Shown piece after piece: positions 62,674 through 64,000 of a stretch of DNA of 64,000 nucleotides. The notes below the pieces were generated by a model, which worked only from the letters and a program-made list of their open reading frames with translations, was not told where the DNA came from and did not search any database. The translations under genes and the position numbers were made by a program. The DNA is from Dipteris shenzhenensis (taxonomy: Eukaryota). The stretch lies in assembly GCA_047967505.1 (NCBI GenBank), contig CM106538.1; one strand, given 5' to 3'. Position 1 is the stretch's first letter; every line of letters begins with the position of its first letter.

Positions 62674-64000
62674 GGATTCTGTGATTGTATAAGCTAACGG
62701 ATGGAGAAGATCCTTCCATCATCGTGAAGGGTAATCGTGTTCGCATTCAAGCAAATATTGCAGCGGTACTGCATTTGCCCGAGAAATATTTGTTAAAATA
62801 GTGCCTGCGGTCCGGCGATTAGCAACTCTGCATGGACGGTTCTTCCCATGAACGACGATCTATCAGAGCTTATTGAATCCATCTACATCTCCATTGCCTT
62901 CAAATTTCAATCGTCGCTCACATACGTTTGCATGCAAAATGCACAGCATGCAACTGCATTACCTAGTCGTACCTACGTGTAATCTCCATCGGTTGCAAAT
63001 TAATTAATTATTAATTACACGAAGTTTTAGGCATTTCCCACTTGGGAGCAAAGCCTTCCTTTTACAAATGATTTCCCTTATTTTATTAGGGAATTCAGAA
63101 TTAACCACGTTCTAAAACAAGGAAGATTTTACCCATGTGTAATATTGGACGTTTCCAGGTGGTTAATTTTGTTAGCACTGGCTTGTTAGAGTCCATTACT
63201 TTGGGAACGGATTCCGGGGCTTTGGGCAAAAGTTCTTCAAAAATCCATGTATTTCTTTAATTTCCAAAAAATGCATTAACTAGACTCGAGTTCTTCACGG
63301 CTTTACTCTGGTTGTGTGGGGGTTTGCTCTGACTGACTGGGTACCTTTGATGAGCTTCTCAGGCTTTCAGCTGGTATTGTGTTGCGTTGTGTTGCTCTGC
63401 TCCACATCTCTTACTAGTGAAAACAATGTTCCACATCTCGTTGCTGGTGACAACAAGCGTTGCGAAGTCCGGCTCTTGCTGGGTCGTGAGCTCTTCACGT
63501 TTTTTTCAATATTTGTCATAGCCAGTAAGCCTCATCTGTGCAACGTGCTGTTCGTTCAATTGTCGGCTGCCTCCAGCTATGGACAATTGAAGTTCCTTGG
63601 CTCCCAAAGACATTGCTCTTCTCCTCTCTCGTACTACAAATTCACTTCTTCAAGTATAAGCATGGAGAGCGTGCCCCTCTAGCGTTTCAAACAGTTCACC
63701 TGTTCTTGAGGCCGCAAGTGAAGCCATGCGTATATAAAAGGCTCGTTTAGTTGTTCGTGATAGAGTTTCTCTATCCTCAGTAGCTCGCGGCTCAAGCATA
63801 TCCTCCTTCATAATGTTCATTTCAATGGTGGTGGCGTTGTGAATTGGTTGTTATTTAGAAGTGTCTATGATCCTTTAGCTCTGGCTGCCTCCGTAGTAGG
63901 CATTCACTGCTGTTGAGACAGCGCTTGGAAGACTTCCGTCGAGCTAGACTTCTGACTCCGTCGTTTAGCATTCTGGGTATTCTCTTGCTTACAAGACGGT

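Noticed and set aside
60933-62746. ORFs overlapping the lectin gene (60933-61436, 62002-62547, 62282-62746)
   Set aside because: Antisense or alternative-frame shadows of a GC-rich CDS, with no recognisable motifs.
63314-63750. ORFs of 122 and 70 aa near the window end
   Set aside because: Non-ATG starts, no motifs and no supporting gene structure.

Overview
Repeat-dense land-plant genomic DNA; the species cannot be determined from the sequence. One host gene is clear: an intronless L-type (legume) lectin membrane protein on the minus strand (60436-62673) with a long, apparently disordered tail instead of a kinase. The rest is nested mobile DNA: a full-length decayed Copia element (4369-10352, minus, ATTAG TSD), a pair of roughly 1 kb inverted repeats, a 2 kb polypyrimidine tract, an array of about 45 copies of a 182-bp satellite organised as 546-bp trimers, a DNA-transposon-like pseudogene, and several Gypsy and Copia relics. 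The most unusual object is a young Gypsy LTR element inserted in the satellite (28436-36909). Its native RNase H lacks the catalytic residues. An archaeal-type RNase H sits as a separate ORF upstream of gag, within a chain of five small overlapping ORFs, two of whose junctions are stop-start coupled. The first of these ORFs has a clear homolog in a second, diverged tRNA-His-primed element (46455-46830, minus), where it shows an F-box-like motif. The element's primer-binding site is a 39-nt copy of the 3' half of tRNA-His rather than the usual 18 nt or less. All alignments, counts and family assignments were made by eye or from recalled motifs; no database search was run.
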